A stretch of 64,000 bases of DNA, from assembly GCA_000004695.1 (NCBI GenBank), contig CM000153.2:64001-128000 (forward strand), written 5' to 3'. The position numbers and the translations under genes are program-made. The notes beneath the pieces are model-generated. The model had not been told where the DNA came from. It saw only the letters and a list, made by a program, of their open reading frames with translations, and did not search any database. This DNA comes from Dictyostelium discoideum. Its lineage: Eukaryota. Below, piece by piece: positions 12,975-34,814 of the stretch (positions are counted from its first letter, which is position 1; each line of letters starts with the position of its first letter).

Positions 12975-14266
12975 AGTATGGAATCAAATTATTAAATAAA
13001 TATTAATAAAAATAATAATAACTTAAATAATAATAAATAATAATAATATTTATAATATAATAATAATAATCAATTATTCAACTATCAAATAAACTTTTTT
13101 TTGCAATAATTATAATAGCATTATTAATTACCCTCCATTTTTTACAATATATTTTAAATTTATATACCACAATTTATTTCACAATTAACACGACAGCAAA
13201 TTAATACAGTCATTGGAACACCAAATGAAATACTAACTACTGCTACTTATAAAGCAACAAATAAACCATAGTAACAACAGATTTTAATACAAATTCAACT
13301 AATACACCATAATCAACAATTACAATTCACCATCACTGGTATTTATCATATTGTACCAACCAATCTAAATGCTGCTGGTACTAGAACTTCGTCACCAAAG
13401 GTACAACAATATGTAAATCCACCACCACCATCACCACAACCATCAAATGCACAACAATGTGTAAATCCACCGCTACGACAACAATAAGAACAACAAATTA
13501 ATCATAGGAATACCAACAACTACACCAACAACCATGATTTAAAAGGATGATACTTGTATTAATGGTTTTGGTGATAAAATTCCAGCTTTAAATAAAAAAT
13601 TATTGCAGCTCTAATTTTTAAACGATAGTCCCAAATAAAAAATAATTAAAAAAAAGACAAGCTGACGGGAGGTTTTCTGCAAGATTTGCTGTAACTTAAA
13701 TGTTTTACACATTTAAAAAAAGAATTAAAAAATTTTTGTGGGATAGTATCTAACCAAATTAAAAAAAAAAAAAAAACTCTTTTTTATTTTCTTATTAAAT
13801 TATCAAAAAAATAATTAAGAATTTTTTTTTTTTTTTTTTTAAACAAAAAGCCTTTTTTTTCCATCAGTAATTAATTTGCATTTATTAAATCAAAAAATCA
13901 GATGTTGGACTGGAAATATTCTCTCCACGATATTATCTTTTCCCCTCAAAAAAAAAAAAAATAAAATAATAAACAATGTTATATGATCAAACTAATTAAT
14001 TATTTTGATCAAATTTTTCAATACTATTATGTTAATTATTATTTTCCTTTTTTTTTTTTTTTCCACACTAAATAACATTTTTAAAAATAACCATTTTCAA
14101 AAATAAAAAAAAATAAAAAAATTAAAATTTTATAAAAAATATCTTTTTTTTCGTGTCGCGTTGGCCAAAAATAAAAAAAAATAAATGCATTTTGATTTTT
14201 GTTTTGTTTTGTTTTTTTTTTTTATTTTTTTTTTTTTTTATTATTATATTTTATAACCACACAAAT

Positions 14267-15172
14267 ATGCAGAAAAAAAATAATAAATTTATTTTAATTA
14301 CAATTATTTTAGTAATTTTATTTGTAATTACCAATAGCCAAACAACAAGTAAAGAAGAATTTTTAAGTAAAATTGATCAATATCTTTTAGAAGATTCTTT
14401 ATTATTGAATAATGGAGATAAAGAATATAATGAATTAGAGAAACAAATGATTGAACAAATTTATAGAGATGCATTAAAACGTATTAAAAATAGATTGGTT
14501 GAACAACAACCAATTCAATTTAATCCACCAACTTATAATCAAACAGTGATTGATGCATTTTCATCAAAAACTTTATTAAATCCACAACAAAATCTTACCT
14601 ATAATCCATATGATCTTCAAAATTTAAATACAACATTAAATGATTCAGTTTGTGGTGTACTATATCCAAATGAAAATGATCGTTCAACTTATTATTTAGT
14701 GAATTATACATCTGCTCAAGAAGCGGAATCAGCAGGTGCTTTCATAACTCATCTTCATAATTGTGGTTATTGTTCAACAACTAAAGATTTAGCTATGTAT
14801 ATGTTTCACTTTGATTTAACATCACCAATTAGAGATTGTGGAATTGTTTCTTTCATTTCCTATGAAGCCTCTTTAGATTGTATTCAACATTCAGCTGGTT
14901 TAACCTATAATTGTGCTGTGATTTGGTTATATGATGCTTTAAACACTAGAAAGGATTGTCTCGATATTTGTCTCTACGATTGGATAATGCATATTCCAAA
15001 TAATGTTCCTGCAAATTCAACAATCTTAAATCCTTGTATTCAATGTGATGAAGATAAAAGTGGTCCTATCTTTAAATTGGTTGCTGCAAGAACTCGTAGA
15101 GATAGTGGTTTATTAAGTGCTATCAATAGACCACCCAATTCAATCTATAACATTACTCATTATTATTATTAA
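14267..15172 (+). CDS. Secreted cysteine-rich protein of unknown function, about 301 aa with a signal peptide.
   Basis: The track ORF starts at 14153 inside a poly-T tract. The first plausible ATG is at 14267 (MQKKNNKFILITIILVILFVITNSQ, a signal peptide). The mature part has about 16 Cys and N-glycosylation sequons. No recognised domain. Confidence 0.55.
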   Translation: MQKKNNKFILITIILVILFVITNSQTTSKEEFLSKIDQYLLEDSLLLNNGDKEYNELEKQMIEQIYRDALKRIKNRLVEQQPIQFNPPTYNQTVIDAFSSKTLLNPQQNLTYNPYDLQNLNTTLNDSVCGVLYPNENDRSTYYLVNYTSAQEAESAGAFITHLHNCGYCSTTKDLAMYMFHFDLTSPIRDCGIVSFISYEASLDCIQHSAGLTYNCAVIWLYDALNTRKDCLDICLYDWIMHIPNNVPANSTILNPCIQCDEDKSGPIFKLVAARTRRDSGLLSAINRPPNSIYNITHYYY

Positions 15173-16209
15173 AATATCTTTTTTTTATTGTACAATTAAA
15201 TTCTAAAATTTTTAAAAAATAAATATCTCACTTAAAATTTTCCACTTTTTTAGGATTAATTTTTTTTTTTTTTTTTTCTTTTTATATTATATTGTATAAT
15301 TGGTTCACTTTACCAAAAAAAAAAAAAAAAAAAAAATAGAAATCTAAAATTTAGTAATTTCAATGTTATATTTATTTTTAGATTTTTGATAATATTTTTA
15401 ATATTTCAAATTTCATTAAAATTTTTATTTTCATTTTTTTAATTATATTTATAATATGAATTTAGTATAGATAAATATAAGAAAACAAAATAAATAACAA
15501 TAGAAATTTTCCAAATTATCTAAAAAAAATTTAAAAAAAATTTTAAAATCAAGTAATAAATTAATAAATAATAATAAAATTAAATTTTTTTTTTATAATC
15601 CCAATGATAACTCTAAAAATAAAATGTTTAATTGAGACAACAAAAAAAAATTAAAAAAAAAAAAAAAAAACAGAATATTAACATTTTTTTTATTATACTA
15701 AATTCTAATTAAAAATAAATAAAATTTAATCATTGCTATAAAAAATAAAATAAAATAAAATAAAATAAAAAAAATTAAATATAATATAAAATAATTTTTT
15801 ATTTTTTTTTTAAGCCTTCAAAGAATATTTTTGTTGAAAATAATTAATTAAACCATTGTTTAAAATTAAATATTTAATTCTTTTTTTTTTTTTTTTTTTA
15901 TGGGGTGTTTTTAAACACGATATAATAAAAAAAATGTAAATGAATTTAAAAAATAAAATAAAATAATAAAAAAAAAAAAAAAAAAATTAAATTAAAATGA
16001 ATAGGATCTTTAAAAAGTTCCATTTTAAGAGTTCTGTTTATTTAGAACTTATAGGGGGGGGGGGGTGATTCATATTAATATTAAATCAAATATTTAAAAT
16101 TTTATTTGTTCAATTTATGTATATCTTTTTTTTTTTTTTTTTTTTAATCAATCAAATTTAAAAATAAATCATTGATTGAGTTTATTATTATTTATTTATT
16201 ATTTATGTT

Positions 16210-16241
<32 letters not shown>

Positions 16242-16706
16242 GATTTTTTTTTTTTTTTGGTAATAAATATATTCAATCATTGATAGTTTATAAAAATAAT
16301 TGAATTTTTTTTTTTTAAATACTATGAAATTAATTTAAAAATTTCTTTTTTGGATATAATAGATCAAAAAAACAAACCCATTTTTGGATTAAAAAAAAAA
16401 ATAAAAAATTATAAAAAAAACCTTTTAGAGTAAACTTTGCAATAGGGTTTTTTATTTTTTTATTTTTTTTTTTTATTTTTATTGTAATAAAATTGCAAAA
16501 AGGGTCAACTCCAGAGAAAAAAAACTATTGATTAAAATTTACCACGTACTAATTTTAAAACAAACCCATAAAATAAAACAAAAAAAGAGTATATAAATAA
16601 AAAAATAAAAAATTATATATTTTAAATAAAAATAATAAATAAACAATATTATTAAAAAAAATATTTAAATAAACTTTTTATTAAATAAAATTAAAAATTA
16701 ATAACA

Positions 16707-17484
16707 ATGTTTTTCCAAGAAAGAAATTTTGCTTATGCGTATGAAATATTAGAATATTTGAAAAACAATAATAGAGATAGAAATGGTTTATACGATGAAA
16801 CAATTTATAATTACATTAAAAACGATGTCAAATGTCCAAAAAATTTAGATGAAATAATAGAATTAATAATCTCACATCAATTAGAATCATCAACAACCAA
16901 GTGTTTCGATAAACATTACAAAACCCTTAGAGGAACATTCCCAATCAAAACATTTGGTTCAACCGCTACAATCTCTGCTTTCCATTTAGTCTATGAAGCT
17001 GATGTTATTGAAATATTCTCCAAATTACATGGTCCAAAGCATAGAAAGTCAAAGACTGCTATGAATGTATTCCGTAAAGAGCATGACTTATACTTTCCAG
17101 GTTTCCATTCCGCATTTGATCAATTCATCTCACATTGCAATGATTGTAATCAAAAGAAACTTATTTCTAGTGAAAAAAAGAACCATGTATCCAAGCAATT
17201 GGATCTTATTAAACAACAACTCAATGACATAGCTCTTAGACAACATTTTTTTTCAAATATTACACAACAATTTCAAAACCATCATCAACCACAACCACAA
17301 CCACAACCACAACCACAACCACAACCACAACCACCAATTAATGTATCAAATGAATACCAAAATGATATTAATAATTCAATAATGGTTGATAATCTACCAA
17401 TTCAACTTCCACAACCAATTTTGCCACAACAAACTTATCAACCAATTCAACAACAACAACCAATTCAACAACAACAACCAATTC

Positions 17485-17543
<59 letters not shown>

Positions 17544-17807
17544 CCAATTCAACAACAACAACCAACTCAACAACAACCAATTCAACAACAACCAATTCAT
17601 CAACAACCAATTCAACAACCATCACCACCACTACAACATCCAAAAATTATTTTCTGTAAAAAACCTGTTGTAAAATCAAATGGTCAAAAGAAGCATACCA
17701 TTGAAATAAGTGATGATTCTCAAGATGATGATGAAGATGTTGTTGAGATTAGAAATAATAATAAGAGACAAAGACTAATCACTATTCAAATTAATATGAA
17801 TGAGTAA
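16707..17807 (+). CDS. Hypothetical protein with a structured N-terminal domain of about 180 aa, then (PQ)n and long poly-Gln.
   Basis: Single 366-aa ORF. The N-terminal part is non-repetitive (..CFDKHYKTLRGTFPIKTFGSTATISAFHLVYEAD..HCNDCNQKK..). The (CCACAA)n and (CAA)n runs encode PQ/Q repeats. Confidence 0.6.
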
Positions 17808-17933
17808 TGTAAATAAACTATAATATTATTAATATATAAAAATAATAATAAAAAAAGTAAAAAAAAAAAAGCATATATATATAAAAAAAGAAAATAAAAA
17901 AAAAAAAATGTTATTGGAAAAAAAAAAAAAACT

Positions 17934-21011
<3,078 letters not shown>

Positions 21012-21813
21012 ATTGTTAATTTTATTTTTGATCTATTATTGTTTTAATATTTTTTTTTTTTTTTTTCAATTTTTTTTTTTTTTTTTTTTTCCTATTTATT
21101 ATTTTGATTCATTATATCTTATTATTAGCTTGACTTTGTTTCTCTTTTTAAAAAGGTTTTTTTTTTTTTTTCTTTAAAAATAAAAAATGTTTTTTTTTTT
21201 TTTAAAAAAATATATTCTAAAATAAATGATTTAAGTTTTGTTTATATACAAACGAATAATAATACAACTGATTTTTTTTTTTTTATTTTTTTTTTTGGAA
21301 AATTTAAAAATAGAAAATGATGATCTAAAAAAAAAAAAAAAAAAAGAAAAAAATAAGATAAAAAATAAATAAATAAATAAATAAATATTGAAAGAAGGGG
21401 AAAGAGAAAAAAAAAAAAAAAAAAAGATAAATATAATTATTTAATACAAAACACTTTAAAAAAAAAAAAATTAAAAATTAAAATTTTAAAAAAAAAAAAA
21501 TTAAACTTTTTTTTTTTTTTTTTTTTTTAAATTTAAAAAAATAAAAAAATAAAAAAATAAAAAAAAAAAAAAATAAAAAAAAAATAAAAAAAAAAAAGTG
21601 TTATGTGATATTTAAATGGTAAAAATGATATCATTTAATTTAATCTCAATTTTTGATAAAAATAAAAATAATAAAGGCTTTTTAAAAAAAATAAAATAAA
21701 AAATAAAGTTATTATTGTTTTTGATTTTAATATATTATATTAAAAGTTTAAATTTTACTAACTTTGGTTATTTATAAATTTTTATTTAAATTTTTATTTT
21801 TATTTTATTTTCT

Positions 21814-21844
<31 letters not shown>

Positions 21845-22150
21845 AATGGGTGACATCGAATAATCAAAAAGAATTCAATTTAGGAACAGCAAATATGAGA
21901 AGAGAATCCGCGCCATTTTGGCAATGGTCAAAAAATAAAAATAAATTTATTTTTTTATTTTTTTATTTTTTTAATTTTTTTTTTTTTTTCATTAATTTAT
22001 CACTTTTATGTAAAAAAAAAAAAAAAAAAAAAAAATGAAAAATTAAATTTATAAACACACAATAATTTTCCATTACATATATAAATAAATAAATAAATAA
22101 ATAATAAATACAAATAATAAAAACAAATAATAAAAAAAAAAATTAAAAAA

Positions 22151-24130
22151 ATGATGGAAACTGAAACTATACCTGAAATTAATTTTTTCAAAATTGAATT
22201 AATTCGAAATTCAACATTGGCAATTTTAAAAAAAATATTTAAGAATAGATGGCAAAAAGAATTTAAAAGTGAATGGAAAAGTGAAAATGGTGTATCTTTA
22301 AAAAAAATTTTAAAAAGTAAAAAATTTGAAGAATCAATTGTAACAAATATTCAAAATGGTAATTTAAATGGTTGGAATCTTGAAATACTTTGTTTAATTT
22401 TATTAAATTTTCCAAATAAAAGAATTGATGATAAAAATAATGAAATAATATCAACTCAAAATAAATTAATTTTAAATATAAATGAAATTAATAATAATTG
22501 TAAATAATAATAATTATTATTTTATTTTTTTTTTTTTTTTTTAAACATTTAATTTATTAATTTTATTTTTTTCATTTTTTTTATTTTTTTTTATTTTTTT
22601 TTATTTTTTTTTTTTTTAACAAAAGTTTTAAAGATAAATGAAAATAAAAATATTGAAGAAACTTTTAAAATTAAAGAAAATGAATATAAAAAGATGAAAG
22701 AAATTTTATTTCAATCAATACTTGGATTAATGGAAAAAGAAGAAGGTGAATCATTTATAAGATTAATTAAAGATAGAATTGATGTTGTGCCAAGTAAAGA
22801 GACGATTGAGAGATGTAAGATTGGTGGTGATAGTGAGGAGGAGGCGGATGCTAATAAGTTTGTGGAGATGGGAGAGATTGAATTTGAAAAATTCAATTTT
22901 CAAAGATCAATCGATTGTTATAATGATGCGTTGTTGTATAATGGGTTCAATGATATTAAGAGATCGTTACTGCTATCGAGACTATCGATGATCAATTTAA
23001 GATACTATCAACAGATGATGCTAGACAGTGAGTATAGTTATATATTCTATATAAAGAAACAGCAATTGGAGGACTCTAAAAGGGATGCCGTCTTGGCATG
23101 CTCGCTCTGTCCGTTGCAGTATCAAGGCTATTTCAGAGGTGCTCAGATTCTATGCTTTTTGGGGTACTTGGAAGTGGCAATCTCTTTCTTAAATGCTGCA
23201 CTTGCAATTGATGAATGTAATGCAGACGTATTGGAATTTAAAAATCAAATTCAGTTAAAGATAGATTCGCGATGTTGGGCCGTTGATAAATTCACGTCAG
23301 AGAGAAAGAGGGATTTTGAGAAAGAGGCGGAAAACTTTATTGAGGCTCATAAATATACAGAGTATTATAATGGTAAAGATTTACAATTGGATACCTATAC
23401 CAAGGGCATTGATGAAATGTCCAAATTGTATCATTTACCAAGACAGCATTTTGTGAATATTGCATGCTCAAGAGTTGCAGGTACTTATTCAAAAAAGAAA
23501 AACTATGAAATGGCAATTAAGTATCTCAGTCATGCTGCGGGTGGCGATTTTGCGATTTGCGCCTACAGATTGGGTTCGATATATGAACGTGGTCTAGGTG
23601 TGGAAAAGGATTTAAATTTAGCATTGTCACTTTACTATGAGGCATCTTTGAAACCATTGAAATTTGAAATACCAAATGATATACCCGATATGCGAGAAGA
23701 GAATAAACAATTGATGGAAAGGAATGAAGGTGTCAATATGGCATGCGTGGTGTTGGGTCATATATTTTCCAAAGGTATCGGCGCAGAGATTGATATGGAT
23801 CAGGCTATTCACTACTATGAACGTGCAGTCAATCAATCCAATTCACCAGAAGCACTATTATCATTGGCTCAAATTAGTTTCTATGGTATGGATGGTAAAG
23901 AACCAAATAAAAAGAAAGCAATTGAATTGGTTAAACGTGGTGCTGATCTTGGTGATAAAGATTGTCAACGTGAATACTATCATTTCTCTGGTACACCTCC
24001 ACCAAATAAACTCACTGGTGTCGGTATCAATGCTTCTTTTAAAACTTTCTTTATTCTCATGTTTACTTTTTTAATTATTTTTTCAATTTTTTGTAAATTT
24101 TTAATTGATTATTTTAATAATAAAAAATAA
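22151..24130 (+). CDS. Sel1-like repeat (SLR) protein with a C-terminal transmembrane anchor, possibly SEL1L/Hrd3-like. Proposed two exons: 22151..22499 and 22626..24130.
   Basis: Sel1 repeats: ..YRLGSIYERGLGVEKDLNLALSLYYEAS.., ..LGHIFSKGIGAEIDMDQAIHYYERA.., ..AQISFYGMDGKEPNKKKAIELVKRGADLG... C-terminal TM FFILMFTFLIIFSIFC. The upstream ORF 22151..22507 joins in frame through GTAAAT (22500) and a poly-T..AAAAG acceptor (22625). The join is an inference. Confidence 0.5.
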
Positions 24131-24642
24131 ATAAACAAATAAAATTACAAAATTAAATTAAACAAATTCTTTTTATTTTTTTTTTTTTTTAAAAAATTAA
24201 TAATTATCTCATTTATCTATATTTTATTTGTTTTTTTTATTTTTATTTTTTTTTTAAGATAATTTCACTGCTTTTTTCCAAGTTTCTTTTTTTTTTTTTT
24301 GGTGGAAATTATTTTAAAAAGTTTGGAGAGTGTTTCATCAAATCTTTATAATTAACCAAACACACTCCAAGTAGGATTAAAAAAAAAAAAAAAAACTAAC
24401 ATCAAGAAAAAAAAAAAATAAAAAAAATAAAATAAAAAATAAAAAAATAGTTAATTAAGTAGTTTTTTTGAAAGCTTCATATGTTCAACCAAACAAAAAT
24501 AGCTCAAACAAATGAATTAAAAAAAATAAAATAAAATAAAATTGAAAAATTGTTTTTTCTCTAGAGAAAAAAAAACGAAAAAAAAAAAATTAAATTTTAA
24601 TTTTTTTTTTTTTTCAATTTTTTTTTTTTCCTTTATAAACCT

Positions 24643-24675
<33 letters not shown>

Positions 24676-24700
24676 GTTGAAATTTTCACATCAAAACAAA

Positions 24701-26098
24701 ATGGTCATGGTGCGTATACATACAAATAATAATCTTAAGATTCTATATTATTATTTTTTTTAAAAAAAAAAAAGAAAATTATAAAAAAATAATAAAATAA
24801 AAAAAGAAGAAATAAAAAAATAGTAATAATAAATATATTAATTTTTTTTTTTTTTTTTTTATATATTATTTTAGAAATTATACACCTACCCACAAAACAG
24901 CCGTGCTTTCAAAAGTTTAATTGCTGCTAAATACGTCAATGTTGATATTGAAGTACCAGCTTTCAACTTTGAAACTGATCGTTTAACTGAAGAGTTCAAA
25001 ACCAACTTCCCATTAGGTAAAGTTCCAGCTTTATTAACTGAACAAGGTCCACTCTTTGAATCAAACACCATGGCTCGTTATGTTGCTCGTTTAAATAACA
25101 GCACCATCTATGGTTCAGATGCATACACTGCCGCCCTCAATGACCAATGGATTGATTATGCAGCCAACGAAATCGACCCAAATGCCATTCCATGGTTATA
25201 TGCCATCCTCGGTTATTACGATTACAATGCTAAAGACAGCAACAAAGCCAAAGAAAACATGAAAAAAGTCTTAGCTTTCCTCGATGCCCAACTCCTCAAC
25301 AAGCCATTCCTTACTGGTTTCCGTGTCGCTCTTGCCGATATCATCGTTGTTTGTTCATTATTCAACTTTTACAAAATGGTCTTTGAACCAACTTTCCGTT
25401 CCCCATACGTTAACGTCAACAGATGGTTCACCACCTGTATCAACCAACCAAACTTCAAAGCTGTCATTGGTGAATTTGCTCTCTGTGAAAAGATGATGGT
25501 CTACGTTGCTCCAAAGAAGGAAGTCAAAGAAGAAAAACCAAAAGCTGCCCCAAAGAAGGAAGTCAAAGAAGACGCTGGTGACGATGAAGTCGATGAAAAA
25601 CCAAAAAAGAAAAACCCATTAGATGAATTAGCTCCATCAACCTTTGTTTTGGATGAATTCAAACGTACCTACTCCAACAATGAAGTCTCCATGTCCATTC
25701 CATGGTTCTTTGAACACTTTGACAAGGAAGGTTTCTCTGTCTACCAATGTACCTACCAATACAATCACGAATTAGGTCCAGTCTTCAAAACTTGCAACTT
25801 GGTTGGTGGTTTCTTCCAAAGACTCGAAACTCTCCACAAATACGCTTTCGCCTCTATGATCATTTTCGGTGAAGAACAAGGTGGTGCCGTCAAAGATCAA
25901 ACCGTCTCTGGTCTCTGGGTTTTCCGTGGTCAAGATTTACCAGCTGACATGAAAGATTGTGATGATTCTTTAGTCTATGACTGGAAGAAACTCGATGTTG
26001 CTGCTGATAAAGCTATCATTGAATCTTTCCTTGCTTGGGAAGATAAAAACGGTGGTTTCGCTGGTAAGAAATTCTTACAAGGTAAATTATACAAATAA
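24701..26098 (+). CDS. Translation elongation factor 1-gamma (eEF1B-gamma), with a GST-like N-domain and the EF1G C-domain. Two exons: 24701..24709 and 24875..26098.
   Basis: Exon 2 translates as KLYTYPQNSRAFKSLIAAKYVNVDIEVPAF..GKVPALLTEQGPLFESNTMARYVARL..NRWFTTCINQPNFKAVIGEFALCEKM..STFVLDEFKRTYSN..WVFRGQDL..FLQGKLYK*, strongly EF-1-gamma-like. It begins right after a TTTTAG acceptor, so a 5' micro-exon is required. The only ATGs are in ATGGTCATG (24701..24709), followed by GTGCGT. Exon 1 is 9 nt starting at the ATG at 24701. A GT directly after the second ATG (24707) lets the phase-0 exon 2 join in frame. Confidence 0.85.
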
Positions 26099-26122
26099 AT
26101 TAATTTAAATTTAATTTAAAAT

Positions 26123-26157
<35 letters not shown>

Positions 26158-26981
26158 CTTTTATTTGTTTATTTTTTTGAGTTTATTTTATTTATTTTGT
26201 TTTTTTTTTTTATTGGTAAATCTAAAAATAACTTTAAAAAAAAAAATCTAAATTTTCTCACCTCAAGGGACAATCCTTTTTAGTTTTATAATTATTAATA
26301 TTACAATGAAAAAAAAAAAAATATAATATAAAATGGGATAACTTTTTTTTTGCCCAGAAAAATTAAAAAAAGAACATGATCCTATTTTGATGACATTCCG
26401 CATTCTATTTTTTTTTTGGGAAGTAATTTAAATTTAAAAAAAAAAAAAATAAAAAAAAAATAAAAAAAAAAAAAAAAAATTTTAGGTTGGTTGACGTAAT
26501 TGTTTAATTTCTTTTATAAATTTATATTTTTTTAATATTTATTAAATATTATTTTTATTTTTATTTTTTTTTCTTTTTCTTTTTCTTTAAATTCAAAAAA
26601 AACTTGTAAATTGTTTAAATTTATTCTCTCCATCCATAGATTCAGTTCTTTCGTCTTTGTTAAATTAACACATTTTTTTTTTTTAAATATAAATATTTTT
26701 TTTTTTTTTTTTAATTAATTTCATTGTAAAAATAATAATAATAATAATAATAAATATTTTTTTTCTTAATATTTAATTTTTTAATTTTTTAATCTTTCAA
26801 TAAATTTTTTTATACATTCTTTTTTATTTTTTTATACATTCTTTTTTATTTTTTTTTATTATTTTTTTTAATTATTTTTTTTTTTTTTAAAACACTTTTT
26901 CCAAATAATAAATTGCATATAAATTAAAATCAACAAACTGTATATATATAAATATTATAAATCGAAATAACAAATAAAATC

Positions 26982-27403
26982 ATGAGCGTTTATACTCAAT
27001 TAATATCAGTAACAGAAATGCCAATGAGCGTAATCCATAGACCACTTCCAAGTGAATTGGACGAAGAAAAAGTTTTATCATTAATGGAAACAATCAAAAG
27101 TGGTGTTGAAATTCCACCAATCGATGGTATGTTTTGTTTATTTATTTTATAAATAAAAAATAAAAAAATAAAAAAAATTGACTAAATATTGACTAAATAT
27201 AAATATATATATTATAAAACTTTATAGTAAATTGGGTTAAAGGTAAAGATGAAAATAATAATTACTATTTTTCTTTTGGTGGATGTCATAGATATGAGGC
27301 AACAAAAAGATTAAATTTAAAAACAATTAGAGCAAGAATTATAAAATCAACTCCAAGTGATATTAAAGTGTATCTTGGTGCAAGTTGTCCTGACTTTAAA
27401 TAG
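26982..27403 (+). CDS. Sulfiredoxin (Srx). Two exons: 26982..27126 and 27228..27403.
   Basis: Not in the ORF track because it is split by a 101-bp intron (GTATGT donor at 27127, TTTATAG acceptor at 27227, phase 1). The joined protein is MSVYTQLISVTEMPMSVIHRPLPSELDEEKVLSLMETIKSGVEIPPIDVNWVKGKDENNNYYFSFGGCHRYEATKRLNLKTIRARIIKSTPSDIKVYLGASCPDFK*. The FSFGGCHRY active-site motif and the ..VYLGAS.P.. C-terminus match sulfiredoxin. Confidence 0.8.
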
Positions 27404-27909
27404 CGCTAAAAAAATAATAAAATAAAAATAAATAATAATAATATATAACATTACTTTTTAAATAAATCCATAAAACTGGAAATGCTCTATGGATTATTAT
27501 TTTTTTTTATCAAATCATAATTTTCAATTTCACTATCATCATCGTCTTAGTTATTAAATTCAATTGACCATCAAAAAAAAAAAAAAACAAAAAAAAAAAA
27601 AAAAAATTAGTGGTGTTTGGTTTCCTTTTTTTTTTTTTGTCCATTGATGATTTTTATACATTTAAGTGGAAAGGAAAAGTGGTAATAATTTTTTTATTTT
27701 TTTTATTTTATTTTTTTTTTTTTTGAAAAAAATAAAACAACAAATATTATTTTTTTGAATTCAAGGTTACATAACCTAACTGCCTTCCTGGTTTTCATTC
27801 TCGATAAAAAAATAAAAATAAAAAAAAAAAAAAAAATAAAAAAAAAAAAAAAATAAATTAAATTTTTATTTTTTTATTTTTTTTTTATTTTTTTTTAATT
27901 ACCTTATAT

Positions 27910-27946
<37 letters not shown>

Positions 27947-28081
27947 TTCTTTTAATTTTGTGTTTAGACAACAAAAGGGACGACATGAAATATTTATAAC
28001 ATATCAATAAATTTATAAATTAAAAAAAAAAAAAAAAAAAAAAATAACCAATATATTGTAAAAAAAAAAAAAAAAAAAAAA

Positions 28082-34705
<6,624 letters not shown>

Positions 34706-34814
34706 AAAAAATAAAAAAATAAATAAAAATAAAAAAAAAAATAATAATAATAAATTAAAGGATTAGATTGGGGGAGGGTTATATAGAAAAAATTAAAGAT
34801 AGTTATTTATTCAT

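Noticed and set aside
16555-16572. Plus-strand DUSE-like aaACCCATAAaa about 140 bp upstream of the 16707 gene.
   Set aside because: The 60-80 nt downstream of it are pure A/T with no RNA-gene-like island, so I do not call an ncRNA here. It may be chance or part of the protein-gene promoter.
17368-17673. Three overlapping ORFs (both strands) inside the 16707..17807 gene.
   Set aside because: Alternative-frame or antisense readings of the (CAA)n/(CCACAA)n repeats (poly-V/L/N). The sense poly-Q frame, continuous with a structured N-terminal domain, is the real one.
22006-22454. Short ORFs 21850..22038, 22006..22191 and 22263..22454.
   Set aside because: They are poly-A/T-derived or antisense to the 22151..22499 exon, with no coding signal.
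27461-27489. 7-bp-stem hairpin atccata..tatggat immediately after the sulfiredoxin stop.
   Set aside because: Short AT-rich hairpins are frequent by chance here. Noted only as a possible 3' end element and not called as a feature.
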